The notes under the pieces were generated by a model. That model was given only the letters and a program-made list of their open reading frames with translations. It searched no databases and was not told where the DNA came from. From NCBI GenBank assembly GCA_013416795.1, contig RQSC01000006.1, positions 94,313-158,312 of the forward strand: DNA of 64,000 nucleotides, read 5' to 3'. Source of the stretch: Prasinococcaceae sp. CCMP 1430 (lineage: Eukaryota > Plantae > Prasinodermophyta). Positions 45,159 to 55,395 of the stretch are shown here, one piece after another. Position numbers and translations under genes: made by a program. Positions within the stretch are counted from its first letter, which is position 1, and the number at the start of each line of letters is the position of its first letter.

Positions 45159-45937
45159 TCACAGCAGCAGCTGCAGCAGGATGCGCTCGTGCGGGTCGTA
45201 GTTGGCGGCGTCCGCTGCGTCCGAGCGGCCCGCCCACCCGCGCTCGGCGTCGACGGGCTCGAAGCCCGCCCTGCGATACAGCTCGGCAGCGCCCGAATTG
45301 CTGCGGGCGACGTGCGCGACTATGCGCTGGGCCCCGTCCCACTTCGCAACCGCCTCGACCGCGGCGTCGACGAGCGCGGTGGCAACTCCCCGCCTACGCG
45401 CGCTCTCCGCGACACACACGTTCTCCATGTAGCACACGCCGCCCGCGCTCAGCAGCCCTTTTGCTTGCGGGTCGCCGCTGAGGTCGGCCGCGGACTGGCC
45501 GTCCAAGATGTCGAGCGTGCCGACAACAGCGTTCGTGTCAGGGTCGAGGGCGATGAGGCACTCCGCCTGGAAGGCCGGCGGCGTCGGCGATGTGGACGCA
45601 TTGTTCATGATGAGCGACAGCCAGCCCCTCTTTTCTCCGCCACTGCCGGCGTCCTCGCCCTCGCCCTCGCCTGCACCGCTGCCCGCGCCCTCCGCCCGCC
45701 TCGCCAGCAGCGTCTCGTTCGCCTTGGCTCTTGCGACCATCTGTGCGAGCTCTGCCTCCGCGTGCTGTCTCTTGTACGTCTCTGCGTAGCGCCCACCCCC
45801 ACCGTTCTCGTAGTATGCCTCGGCGCGCAGGGCCGCCGCGGCCTCCAGCAGGGGCAGGTCGTCGCCGCCGGCCGCCGCGCGGCGCACGGCCCACGCGCTC
45901 CCGCGCGCCGCAACGGGGCCGGGGCGAGCGAGCGCAT
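45159..45937 (-). CDS. GNAT acetyltransferase (plastid GNAT-like); start unresolved
   Basis: LRAEAYYE, VVGTLD, YMENVCVAESARRRGVA, HVARSNSGAAELYRRAGF. Confidence 0.8.
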
Positions 45938-45975
45938 GCGCGCGCGGGCGGGCGTGGCGACACACCCTACAGTAG

Positions 45976-46216
45976 AATGAAACCCCCAAACACAAACCTT
46001 CACGCTTGGGCGGGCGACCGGCGCGACACCCCCGAAACCGACCCGGAAACGGGGGGGACGGACGGCGAGCCGAGCGCAACCGCGCGGCTCGCCCCCCTCC
46101 AATGAATACCCCAAACACAAACCTTCACGCATGGGCGGGCGACCGGCGCGACACCCCCGAAACCGACCCGGAAACGGGGGGGACGGACGGCGAGCCGAGC
46201 GCGGCCGCGCGGCGCG
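45976..46216. repeat. Near-identical direct repeat, period 125 bp, in a divergent promoter
   Basis: 45976-46077 and 46101-46202 differ at only a few positions. Confidence 0.93.
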
Positions 46217-46392
46217 GGCGATCCCGGGTGGAATCCTGCGCCGCGTCAGCCCTGACGACTCGGAGGGCCCAACCCGAATGGCATCCATCGCGCGTTCGAT
46301 CTGATACCAATGATCGCCCGTGGGTATTACAAACGTATAATTACATGTTGTGATTCGGGCGGCCCGCTGCGGGCGCCGGCGCGCCGCGCGGC

Positions 46393-47340
46393 GTGGTGCA
46401 CTTCGTAGGGGGCGCCGCAGTCGGAGCTTCGCCACAGCTCGTGTACGCGCTGCTACTCGAGGAGCTCTCAGCGGCGGGGTTCGCGGTGGTCGCCACGCCG
46501 TACGACCTCACCTTCCGCCACGCCGAGTGCGCCGGGCGTGTCGCCGCGGCGCTGCCGCCCGCGATCGGCGCGCTCAGCGAGCTCTCCGCAGGCGGAATCG
46601 CGGCAGACACGCCCGTATTCGGCGTCGGCCATAGCAACGGCGCGCTTCTGCAGCTGCTGATGGGCGCGACCGCCGAGGCCGGCGGGCGCGAGCCGTACGA
46701 CGCCGTGGTGCTCATGTCCTTCAACAACCGCCAGGTGGCGGATGCCATCCCGGTGCTCCCCGAGGGCGTGCTGCCGCCGGAGGTCGCCTCAACGCTCGCG
46801 GCCGCTCGCGGCACGCCCCTCGAGGGCGTGTTTGCCGCGTTCGCGGAATCCGCGCGCGGCTCGCTGCCGCCTCCGCTCGCGCCGCTCGGCGAGGCTGCGG
46901 CGCCAGCGCTCGCGCAGTTCGATTCGCTCGCGGGCGAGCTCGCCGATGGGGCGGACGATTTCGTGCCTGTGCCGCAGGAGTCGCGGCGCATCATCGAGGA
47001 GGGATACGCCGTTGAGGACACGCTGGTGGTGTCCTTCAAGGACGACAACCTCGACGACTCGGAGAGCATCATGGGCGCGCTTCGCGCGCGGGGCGGGCGC
47101 GTGCGTGCGCTCACGCTCCCAGGATGGCATGGCGCGCCATGCGCGCCGGGAGGCGCGGGCGCAGGCACGAGCGCGCCGGACGCTTCTCTCGCCGCTGCGC
47201 ACACCACCGCCTTCCTCGCGGACGCAGCGCTGCGGATCGCCAGGAAACGCGACTCCGCTGCCTCCACAGAAGACGACGACGCTGTCGCTGCTGACGATGC
47301 GACCACCGACGAAGATGTTCCCGACGCCCCTGAGCAGTAG
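46393..47340 (+). CDS. DUF1350-family alpha/beta hydrolase (5' end unresolved)
   Basis: VVHFVGGA, VVATPY, FGVGHSNG nucleophile elbow, SFNN, FKDDNLD, LPGWH. Confidence 0.8.
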   Translation: MVHFVGGAAVGASPQLVYALLLEELSAAGFAVVATPYDLTFRHAECAGRVAAALPPAIGALSELSAGGIAADTPVFGVGHSNGALLQLLMGATAEAGGREPYDAVVLMSFNNRQVADAIPVLPEGVLPPEVASTLAAARGTPLEGVFAAFAESARGSLPPPLAPLGEAAAPALAQFDSLAGELADGADDFVPVPQESRRIIEEGYAVEDTLVVSFKDDNLDDSESIMGALRARGGRVRALTLPGWHGAPCAPGGAGAGTSAPDASLAAAHTTAFLADAALRIARKRDSAASTEDDDAVAADDATTDEDVPDAPEQ

Positions 47341-47387
47341 GCAGCGCCTGGCACCCTTGAGTCGTGTTATGTGTGTATTTTATTTAT

Positions 47388-49090
47388 TCAGTCACCGCCC
47401 TTCTGTTGCCCGGCGGCCGCGCCCAGCGTGATCATGCGCCGCACCTCCGCAGCGCTGCAGCTGGCCTCTTGGCTGTCGTCGGCGACGCGCCGCAGGACGG
47501 CGAGCGCGCCCTCAAACGCCACGAAAGACACCGCGGCCATGGGAACGATCTTGGTCGAGGCCACGCGCAAGCCGCGGTAGAAGACGGGAAGCCCACCCTC
47601 GCGGTACATAGCGCGCGCGACGGCGGCAGTGCTCATCTCCGCAGCGCTCAGCGAGCACCCGCCAAGGCACTCAAGCTGCACGCGGCGCCGAAGCACCTCT
47701 ATTGGATAAGAAACGAACATCGCCGCCCACCCCGCGACGACGCCGCACGCCAGGGAGCCCGTCGCGCCGATGGGCGCCGAGGGGTCCCCTACCACGCGAT
47801 TGAGCCACGCGCCTTTCAGCGCGTCGTACATGCCGTAATTCACACCCGCATACGGGAGGATCCCCACCAGCGAGATGCCCAGGCCGCGCCCGAGCGCCAC
47901 CGCGCCCCCCTCGGCCGCGACCGTGCACCGCAGCCTCGCAAGCAGCGACATGCCGTCATAAAACATCGCACCCTTCGGCACCATGGCTCGATTGCTGAGT
48001 AGATCAAGCGGATAGGTGAGCGCCTTCGAGATGCAGCCTGCCGCGGCGCCTGCGACGAAGCGCTCCCCGCTGCTCAGCTCCACTACGGCGGCCGCCTCGT
48101 CTGCGCCGCCCTCGGCCGCGGCACTCCCCCTCAGCGCCTTGCGCTTGCTCGCAAGCATCGCGTCCTTGAATTTGGTGTAAGCGAACCAATCGAGCGCGCG
48201 GTTGGGGGCCACCGCGAGGCACTTGAGTCCGTTTCCGGCGAACAAATTGCGCCAGCCTCCGGGCTCGCCCATCACCGACGCAAGGGCCTTGGCCATGCCG
48301 CCGCCCGCCGCGCGAGACGCGATGCGCCGCGCCTTGAGCACCTCTAGCGGGGCGGTCGCGGTCATGGACGCCACTCCAGCGAAGGCACCGGCAGCGAGGT
48401 CTAGCAGCGCCGAGTGGCCTTGCAGCGCCGCCAGGCCCCCACGCCCCTCGCAGCGGGTGATCGTGCCGTCGTCGTGCAACGCGAGCGTGAGCTCCCAATG
48501 TTCCGTGAGCGACTGGACCTCCCGCTCTTCCATGAGCGCTAGGAAGACGCCGAACTCATCCAGCGTGAGCGTGCGCGTATTGTCCACGTCCAGCGCGCGT
48601 AACAGATTGGTCGCCACGTTGCGCGCGCGTAGCTCGCTCTGACTGCGCGCGCGCGGCCCTTCGGCGGCCGTGCCTATCGCCACCATTTCGGCCTCGGCGA
48701 GGGCGCGGTGCAGTTCCGTGGCGGTGATCCTCCCATCGCCGTCGCGGTCGATGACGGCGAATGCCGCCTGAATCTCTTCGGCGCGCAGGCGCACCTCTTC
48801 CGCGACACACGCGGCGAACGCGTGCGTGCTCATCTCCCCGCGCGCCGCCAGCTGCGTGCCAACAGAGGCGAAGGGTGCGCCCAGCACGTCCACGAACGCC
48901 CGTATCTCATCGGGAGTGACCACGCCGTCGCCATCGGCATCCACCCCCGCAACTAGTGCAACCAGGGCTGCCGACGCCTCGTCCTCGGCACCTTCGTTCT
49001 CTGCTCCCAGCACTAGCGCCGTCAGCGCCTCGGGGCCCTGACCCCGCTGCGCTGCTGCCGCCGCCGCCGCGGCCGCGGCCGCAGCTGCCG
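47388..49090 (-). CDS. Ca2+-binding (EF-hand) mitochondrial carrier, SCaMC/APC-like; N-terminus interrupted
   Basis: EF-hands DADGDGVVTPDE, DRDGDGRITATE, DVDNTRTLTLDE; carrier motifs APLEVLK, YPLDLL, YPIEVLR. Confidence 0.88.
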
Positions 49091-49093
49091 CTA

Positions 49094-49273
49094 GGCCTGG
49101 TAGATGGCGTCTTGCGGCGACATGCCCTGCTCGCGCTCGGCCTTGAGCGCGAAGTCGATCATCATGATGCCGTTCTTCTTCACGATGCCGATCAGCAGGA
49201 TGATGCCGATGATGCCGATCACCCCCAGGTCGTTGCCGGTGATCATGAGCGCCAGCAGCGCCCCCACGCCAGC
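49094..49273 (-). other. Bacterial RND efflux permease (MdtB/MdtC/AcrB family) fragment
   Basis: AGVGALLAL...[37 protein letters not shown]; only about 60 codons. Confidence 0.85.
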
Positions 49274-49364
49274 GCGGGCAGCGTTGCAGGCAGCGCAGCG
49301 ACACGTCAGCACTCGCGTCGCCCTCCGATGTGGACGTGTTCGACTGAATTGCGCGGGCTTCCCC

Positions 49365-49532
49365 CACGTCAAAACGCATTGCATGGGTCAATACCCGGTC
49401 AAAACGCACGTCAATACGCATTGCATCGGTCCCACCCCGGTCGAAACGCGCGTCTAAACGCAGTGCATCGGTCCATACCCGGTCAAAACGCACGTCGAAA
49501 CGCAGTGCATCGGTCCCACCCCGGTCGAAACG
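49365..49532. repeat. Tandem array of four 42-bp units (higher-order 84-bp dimer)
   Basis: Units start at 49365, 49407, 49449, 49491; consensus CACGTCNAAACGCAKTGCATCGGTCCMWMCCCGGTCRAAACG. Confidence 0.92.
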
Positions 49533-49849
49533 CATTGCCACCACCCTTCGATCTGCAGAGGGCCCATCCGCCGCCGCGCCTCGCCCCCCTGCAAAAAAAA
49601 AAAAAAAACGGCGGCGGTTGGAGATTCAGTTCAACTGGGCGGTTATTGCGGGCGACGACGCCCGCCACGTGGCAGGGAAAATATTTAGATTACATTCGAA
49701 GTGACGTGCCGCGCGAATATGCTGCGAATAATTCGGTGGGAGAATTGGAGGGGGGCGGCGCGCGCCGCCGGCGAGCCTGCAGCAGCAGTGTCCGCGGTGG
49801 GCGAGGCGATGGGCGTGGCGCTGGAGGGAGAGGCGGGCTCGGGCCCTGC

Positions 49850-50845
49850 TCAGGCCCAGGCGGAGGCGGAGGCGGCTGTGGCGGCTTGGGCGTCGTCGTC
49901 GGCGTCATGCGCGGCCTCAGGGGCGGGCTCGGCCGGTGCTGCCCCTGCGTCGTCAGCGCCCGCTGCCACGGCTGCTCCTCCTGCCGCAACCACCGCCGCC
50001 GCCGCCGCAGCCGCTGCGTCCGGGCCGCCGTCAGGGCGGACGCGTGCGAGCAGCTCAGCCTTCTTCGCGTCGAACTCGGCGTCCGTGAGCACGCCGGCGG
50101 CGTGGAGGTCGGCGAGCTTGCACAGCAGGTCGATGGGGTCGGCGCTACCCGCAGGGCGCGTCGCCAATTGCTGCAGCGGCACCCCCTGGTCTTCCTCGTC
50201 GCCGTGAACAGCGTCGCCGCTCACGCCGCGTGCCGGCGAGCCCGGCGGTGGGTGCGCGAGCGGAATGGCCATCATTGCGGCCACCCTCGAGGACGCGAGC
50301 GTAAAAGAGTTGCCACTCGCCTCCGACTCCTTGACAGCCTGCGTAATGCGGAGGATGGCGTCGGTGGGGTCGCGCACCGCGAAGTGCTTCACGCCCGGTC
50401 CCTGGCCGAGTGCGACAAGGTGCGGCTGGATGAGCCACCCGTTGCACAACCGTCGCGCTGGAGAGAACCGCGCGAGCGGCGGTAGCGAGCGCAGCGGGTA
50501 GTCCCAGCCGCCCTGGGTGCCATTCGTCGCGAAGAGCCGCGTTCGCGTGAGGACGACCGACCACTCCGGATGCTTGGTGTGCAGGTCGCCGTTGATGCCG
50601 CTGTTGCACAATGCGGCGCACAGGGGCGCGCACCACACGAACGGCACCAGCAGGCAGTTGAGAAGGCAGAGCTCCGCGCACGGAGTCTCCGTCCAGCGGC
50701 GGTCGAAGCCCGTCCACGCGTAGAGGAAGTCGGTGGCGCGCTCCCCTCGCGCTGCGAGCTCGCGCTCGATGTCCGGCGTGAGCACCGGCCCCTCCCTGTA
50801 CGACACCGGCGACCGCGCCGCGGGCGCGACGCGCACCGACGCCAT
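49850..50845 (-). CDS. Membrane-associated protein with Cys-rich hydrophobic segment and C-terminal SHOCT domain
   Basis: LCKLADLHAAGVLTDAEFDAKKAELL SHOCT motif; CLLNCLLVPFVWCAPLC; TGTAA at 49690-49694 (minus strand). Confidence 0.7.
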   Translation of the reverse strand: MASVRVAPAARSPVSYREGPVLTPDIERELAARGERATDFLYAWTGFDRRWTETPCAELCLLNCLLVPFVWCAPLCAALCNSGINGDLHTKHPEWSVVLTRTRLFATNGTQGGWDYPLRSLPPLARFSPARRLCNGWLIQPHLVALGQGPGVKHFAVRDPTDAILRITQAVKESEASGNSFTLASSRVAAMMAIPLAHPPPGSPARGVSGDAVHGDEEDQGVPLQQLATRPAGSADPIDLLCKLADLHAAGVLTDAEFDAKKAELLARVRPDGGPDAAAAAAAAVVAAGGAAVAAGADDAGAAPAEPAPEAAHDADDDAQAATAASASAWA

Positions 50846-51391
50846 CACCTGCCCTGCGCGCCCGCGCGCGAGCGCGCGCGCGCGCCCGCGNNNNNNNNNN
50901 NNNNNNNNNNNNNNNNNNNNNNNNNNNNNNNNNNNNNNNNNNNNNNNNNNNNNNNNNNNNNNNNNNNNNNNNNNNNNNNNNNNNNNNNNNNNNNNNNNNN
51001 NNNNNNNNNNNNNNNNNNNNNNNNNNNNNNNNNNNNNNNNNNNNNNNNNNNNNNNNNNNNNNNNNNNNNNNNNNNNNNNNNNNNNNNNNNNNNNNNNNNN
51101 NNNNNNNNNNNNNNNNNNNNNNNNNNNNNNNNNNNNNNNNNNNNNNNNNNNNNNNNNNNNNNNNNNNNNNNNNNNNNNNNNNNNNNNNNNNNNNNNNNNN
51201 NNNNNNNNNNNNNNNNNNNNNNNNNNNNNNNNNNNNNNNNNNNNNNNNNNNNNNNNNNNNNNNNNNNNNNNNNNNNNNNNNNNNNNNNNNNNNNNNNNNN
51301 NNNNNNNNNNNNNNNNNNNNNNGCGCGTGCGCGAGCGCGCGTCCGCGCAGGCCCTCGCGCGCGCGCGGGGGGCGTGGGCGCGCGACACGCG

Positions 51392-52597
51392 ATGGCGCCG
51401 ACGCTCGTGTCGTTCGACGTGGACGGCACGCTCATCCGCGCGCGCGGCGCGAGCGCCAACGCCTTCCACAAGGCGGCCTTCGCCGCGGCCTTCGCCGACG
51501 TGTACGGCCTCGATGCGAGCATCGACGAGATCGACCACCACGGCTCCACCGACCAGCTCGTGCTGCTCGCCGTGCTCGCACACAGGAAGGTGCCCGCAGA
51601 GGAGGCGGAGGCGAAGGTGCGTGCGCGCTTGCGCGCGTACGCACGTGCGTGGCGCGCCGCTGGCGCTGACGTGAGCTGGCACACCCTCACGCGTTGCGCC
51701 ACATCATTCAATTCCCACCTCACCTCACCACAACCACACGGACGCGCGCACACGCACACGCACACGCACACGCACGCACGCGTGCGCGCACACGCACGCA
51801 CGCGTGCGCGCACGCACGTACACACACGCACGCGCACACGCACGCACGCACGCACACGCATATGCGCGTGCGCGCGCGCGGCGCCCGCGCAGATCCCCGC
51901 GGCCTGCGCGCGGATGGTAGAGTACGCGCGCGCGGCAGCCGCGCACGAGGTGTCCGCCGGCCTCGAGGTCCTCCCCGGCGTGGAGGCGCTGCTCGCGGCA
52001 ATCGAGGGCGCGGGCGTCGAGCGCGCCGTGTCGTGCCTCGTCACGGGCAACCTCGAGGACATCGCGTGGGCCAAGATGCGTGCGCTGGGCGTCGAGGGGC
52101 GCTTCAGCGCGCCCAGGTTCGGCGGGTTCGGATCGGTGCGCGCGCGCATGCGTGCGCGGACGACGCGCGTGCGTGTGCACGTGCGTGCACGCGCACGTGC
52201 GTATGTGCTTGGGTGTGTGGCTGCGCGCGTGCACGTACGCCGAAGCCCGCTGCGCCTGAGCGCGCACACTCACACAGAATCGCGCATACACGCACACGCA
52301 CGCACACGCACACGCCCGCGCACGCAGGACGCCCGGGACCGCGCCGAGCTGGTCGCCGCCGCCGCTTCGCGCTGCGCCTCGGCGCACGCCGCCCCCGGAG
52401 CGCGCTTCCACCTGGGCGACACCCCCAACGACGTGCGCGCCGCTGAGGCGTGCGGAGCGACACCCATCGCGCTGCTCACCGGCGTCTTCGGCGAGGCAGA
52501 GCTGCGAGCCAGCAGCAAGGCGCCCGACGACCTCGTCGTGCTCGAGGACCTCGCAGATACCGACGCCGTCATGCGTGTGCTGGGGCTCAACGCATGA
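51392..52597 (+). CDS. HAD-superfamily phosphatase (phosphoglycolate phosphatase-like); introns 51617-51892 and 52136-52327
   Basis: FDVDGT motif I, VTGN motif II, GGFGSD, GDTPNDV motif IV. Confidence 0.9.
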   Translation: MAPTLVSFDVDGTLIRARGASANAFHKAAFAAAFADVYGLDASIDEIDHHGSTDQLVLLAVLAHRKVPAEEAEAKVRARLRAYARAWRAAGADVSWHTLTRCATSFNSHLTSPQPHGRAHTHTHTHTHARVRAHARTRARTHVHTRTRTRTHARTRICACARAAPAQIPAACARMVEYARAAAAHEVSAGLEVLPGVEALLAAIEGAGVERAVSCLVTGNLEDIAWAKMRALGVEGRFSAPRFGGFGSVRARMRARTTRVRVHVRARARAYVLGCVAARVHVRRSPLRLSAHTHTESRIHAHARTRTRPRTQDARDRAELVAAAASRCASAHAAPGARFHLGDTPNDVRAAEACGATPIALLTGVFGEAELRASSKAPDDLVVLEDLADTDAVMRVLGLNA

Positions 52598-52690
52598 CGT
52601 ATGTGTGTGTATGGCGGATGACAGCGCATTGGTATGACACTTTCATTTACAACATGCTGCGGGCACCGCCCCAATCCCGGCGGCGCTCAC

Positions 52691-53950
52691 TCACGAGCGC
52701 GCGCCGAGCGTGGACGTCGCCGCGAGCCTGCCGCGGCGCACCGCCTCGCCGAGCGCGCCGCCGAGCGCCTCGGCGGCCAGCGAGGCGCGCCTGCGCACCT
52801 CGGGGCCCGAGAGGGTCGCGCGCCAGCGCGCGGAGGCGGAGGGGGAGGCGGAGCCCCCACCCCGCAGCGCGTGCGCGTGCGCGAGGGAGGCGTCGGGCGA
52901 CGGCGCGTTGAGCGCTTCGTAGACGTCGATCTCGCTCGCCGAGCTAGACGGCGGCGGCGGCATCTCTGGCCTGTCCACCGACTCCCACCCCTCCGCGCTC
53001 GGCGACAATCCGAAGTCAAAGTCGCGCCGCCTGGTTGGGCTGCGCGTGGCGTTCTCGGCTATCCACGACGATATGGCGCTACTCTCGGGGCTGTCCGCAC
53101 CGAAGCCGGCGTTGTCGGCGATCGCGAGGCCCTCGTCGGCGTACCCACACGGGGCGGCGTCGGCGGCCGATACGTGCGCGCCTTCGCCGGTGGCGCTCGC
53201 GTTGCCCAGCCGGCGCGACACGCGCCTGGAGGCGGCGACACGCGCGGCGGAGGCGGCGTTGGTCGCGGCGGTGCGCGGCTCCTCTCCGGCCGCCCACGCG
53301 GAACACAGCGCGGCCGCGGCGACGAAGGGGAACCAGCCCGGCGGCTGCGGCGGCGGCACTCCCGCCGAGCACAGCGCCAGCGAGCACGTGCTGCCGACCG
53401 TGCGCGCGAGGAGGTGCGCTCCGGCATTCAGCAGCTTGAGGGAGGCCTCGTCGCGCACGCTCGGGTGTGGGTCCGACGCGGCCTGCGCCTTCGCGGCGTC
53501 CGCGTCCGCATCCGCTGCGGGCCTCCACAGCACACACTCGCCTCTGTCCTCAGGAGGCCCCGTGTGCCAGTGGGCGTCTCTCTGCCACACCGCGCTGCGG
53601 GAGCCCCTGAACGTCCCATCGTGGAGCAGCGGCGAGCCGGTGTACGCCGCGAGCAGCTGGGCGTGGCGGACGGCCTCGCCAAGCGCTGTGCCGAGCTCCT
53701 CGGGGGGGAGGGCGCTGAGGGCGGCCGGGCCGTCCGGCAGGCGCGCGCCGCAGAGCCTGACCACGACCGGCGCCACCAGGGAGCCCGCGGCACGGCCCAC
53801 CGCCCTCCCGCGCCCGTAGTCCTCCTTGGCCGCGGTCAGCGGCAGGACGCGCTGCAGCTGCTCCAGCAGCTGCCGCCGGCGCGTCGCCAGCGCCGCGGTG
53901 GCCTCCGCCAGGGATTCCCGCTCCGCTGCTGCGCGCTCCGCGCGCGCAGC
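52691..53950 (-). CDS. ATG14: ATG14/UVRAG-like (PI3K complex subunit), C-terminal part; 5' end cut at N 53951
   Basis: Coiled coil, then LCGARLP...PPEELGTALG...GSRSAVWQRDAHW resembling plant ATG14; TGTAA at 52647-52651 (minus strand). Confidence 0.7.
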   Translation of the reverse strand, partial: AARAERAAAERESLAEATAALATRRRQLLEQLQRVLPLTAAKEDYGRGRAVGRAAGSLVAPVVVRLCGARLPDGPAALSALPPEELGTALGEAVRHAQLLAAYTGSPLLHDGTFRGSRSAVWQRDAHWHTGPPEDRGECVLWRPAADADADAAKAQAASDPHPSVRDEASLKLLNAGAHLLARTVGSTCSLALCSAGVPPPQPPGWFPFVAAAALCSAWAAGEEPRTAATNAASAARVAASRRVSRRLGNASATGEGAHVSAADAAPCGYADEGLAIADNAGFGADSPESSAISSWIAENATRSPTRRRDFDFGLSPSAEGWESVDRPEMPPPPSSSASEIDVYEALNAPSPDASLAHAHALRGGGSASPSASARWRATLSGPEVRRRASLAAEALGGALGEAVRRGRLAATSTLGARS

Positions 53951-55124
53951 NCGCGGCGCCGCGCGCGGCGGCGCCCGCGCCGCCGCCGTCGGTCTCGACA
54001 GGCCCGGGCGTTCAGACGATGGGTCCGCAGACGAACCTGATTAGAACCCTGATTAGTCCAAACCGCAAATGCGCCCCATCCGATCCGATTCCGATCCGAT
54101 CCGATCCGACGCCGGCCCGACGCCGGCCACTTTCGAAGGTGCCCGCGCGCACGACGTGTCCCTCCGCAGCACGCCAAGAGCAAAGCACGCGCGAGCGCGG
54201 GGCGCGCGCCGGGGGGCAACGGGACTCGCAGCAGCGCCACAGGGCGGCGCGGAGCGGTGGGGGCGCGGAGGAGAAGAGAAGTGGGGAGAGGGGTGGGGGG
54301 CCAGGAGCGCTTCGCCCCCCCCCTTGCGCGCCTGCGCAGTGTGTGGCGCCAGCGCGTGCGCGCGCGCTCTTTTGCGGGCGCGCGCTCCGCGAAAAACTCT
54401 GCGGAAAATCGCCCGTCGCTCACACGCTTTTCGATATGGCTTCCGTTTCGGCGGTGACGTTTTCGCCGCGGTTGGTTCGAATTTTCTGGCGATGGGACTT
54501 TCGGAGGCATGTCCGCGGAAACGGGCGCGAAGAGAACCTCCATTGAGTATATCAAATGCGCACACCAAATATTCGATTCCGCTATGTTTTTTTGTTTTTG
54601 TTTTGTTTTGTTTTTGTGGCAGGGTGCGCGTGCCCTAACACACGCAGCTGCTGGGGTGGGGGGAGGGGGGTTGCTCGTGGCAGGGGAGGGCGTGCCACAC
54701 GGCGCGCGGCGGCGTGCGTGCTCCTGAGTCGGGTGCGCCGCCGCCGCCGCCGGCAGTGGACCGGCGCGCGCACGTGTGTGCGCGTGCGCGCCGCGCGGAG
54801 GGGCACCCGCGCTGCGAACGCACCACCCGCGGGCGCGCGCGCGCGCCCGGGGAACGGAACCCGCCACGGGGAGGATACGAGCGGATTCGCCGCCGGGGAT
54901 GCCGCGCGCGACCCCGGGGCGGCCGTCTCTCGTTCCCGGGTCACCACGCTCTGACCGGGATGCACCATCCTAAATACTAGGATGTGTTGTTCGCTTCGAG
55001 GGGATGGCGACCGCGGTACTGGACGATTGTCACACAAAATAAACCCTAAAAGAGAGTACCCAAAAAGCGGCGTCCAACGCGCGCGGCCCAGCGGCACGCC
55101 CGTGTGCGCGTCTGCGTGGGCGGT

Positions 55125-55125
<1 letters not shown>

Positions 55126-55173
<48 letters not shown>

Positions 55174-55186
55174 ATGCGTGTGTGCA

Positions 55187-55225
<39 letters not shown>

Positions 55226-55300
55226 GTGTGCGTGTGTGTGCGTGTGTGTGTACGGAGGCGTGTGAGTACGCGTGCGCGTGTGTGTGCGTGCGCACGTGCG
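55126..55300. repeat. (TG)n microsatellite
   Basis: Direct inspection. Confidence 0.95.
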
Positions 55301-55395
55301 CGCGCGGGCGAGCTGCGGCGGCCACCGACGCTCACCTGCTGCCGCCGCCTCGGCGGCGGGCGCGCCGGNCCGACCGGGAGGAGGGTCGGCGCGTG

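Noticed and set aside
46345-46353. Selenocysteine or readthrough at ATG-TTG-TGA before DUF1350
   Set aside because: Non-catalytic position, no SECIS recognised, and DUF1350 is not a selenoprotein family
49365-49532. CRISPR-like array
   Set aside because: Units are contiguous tandem copies with no unique spacers; no cas genes; eukaryotic context
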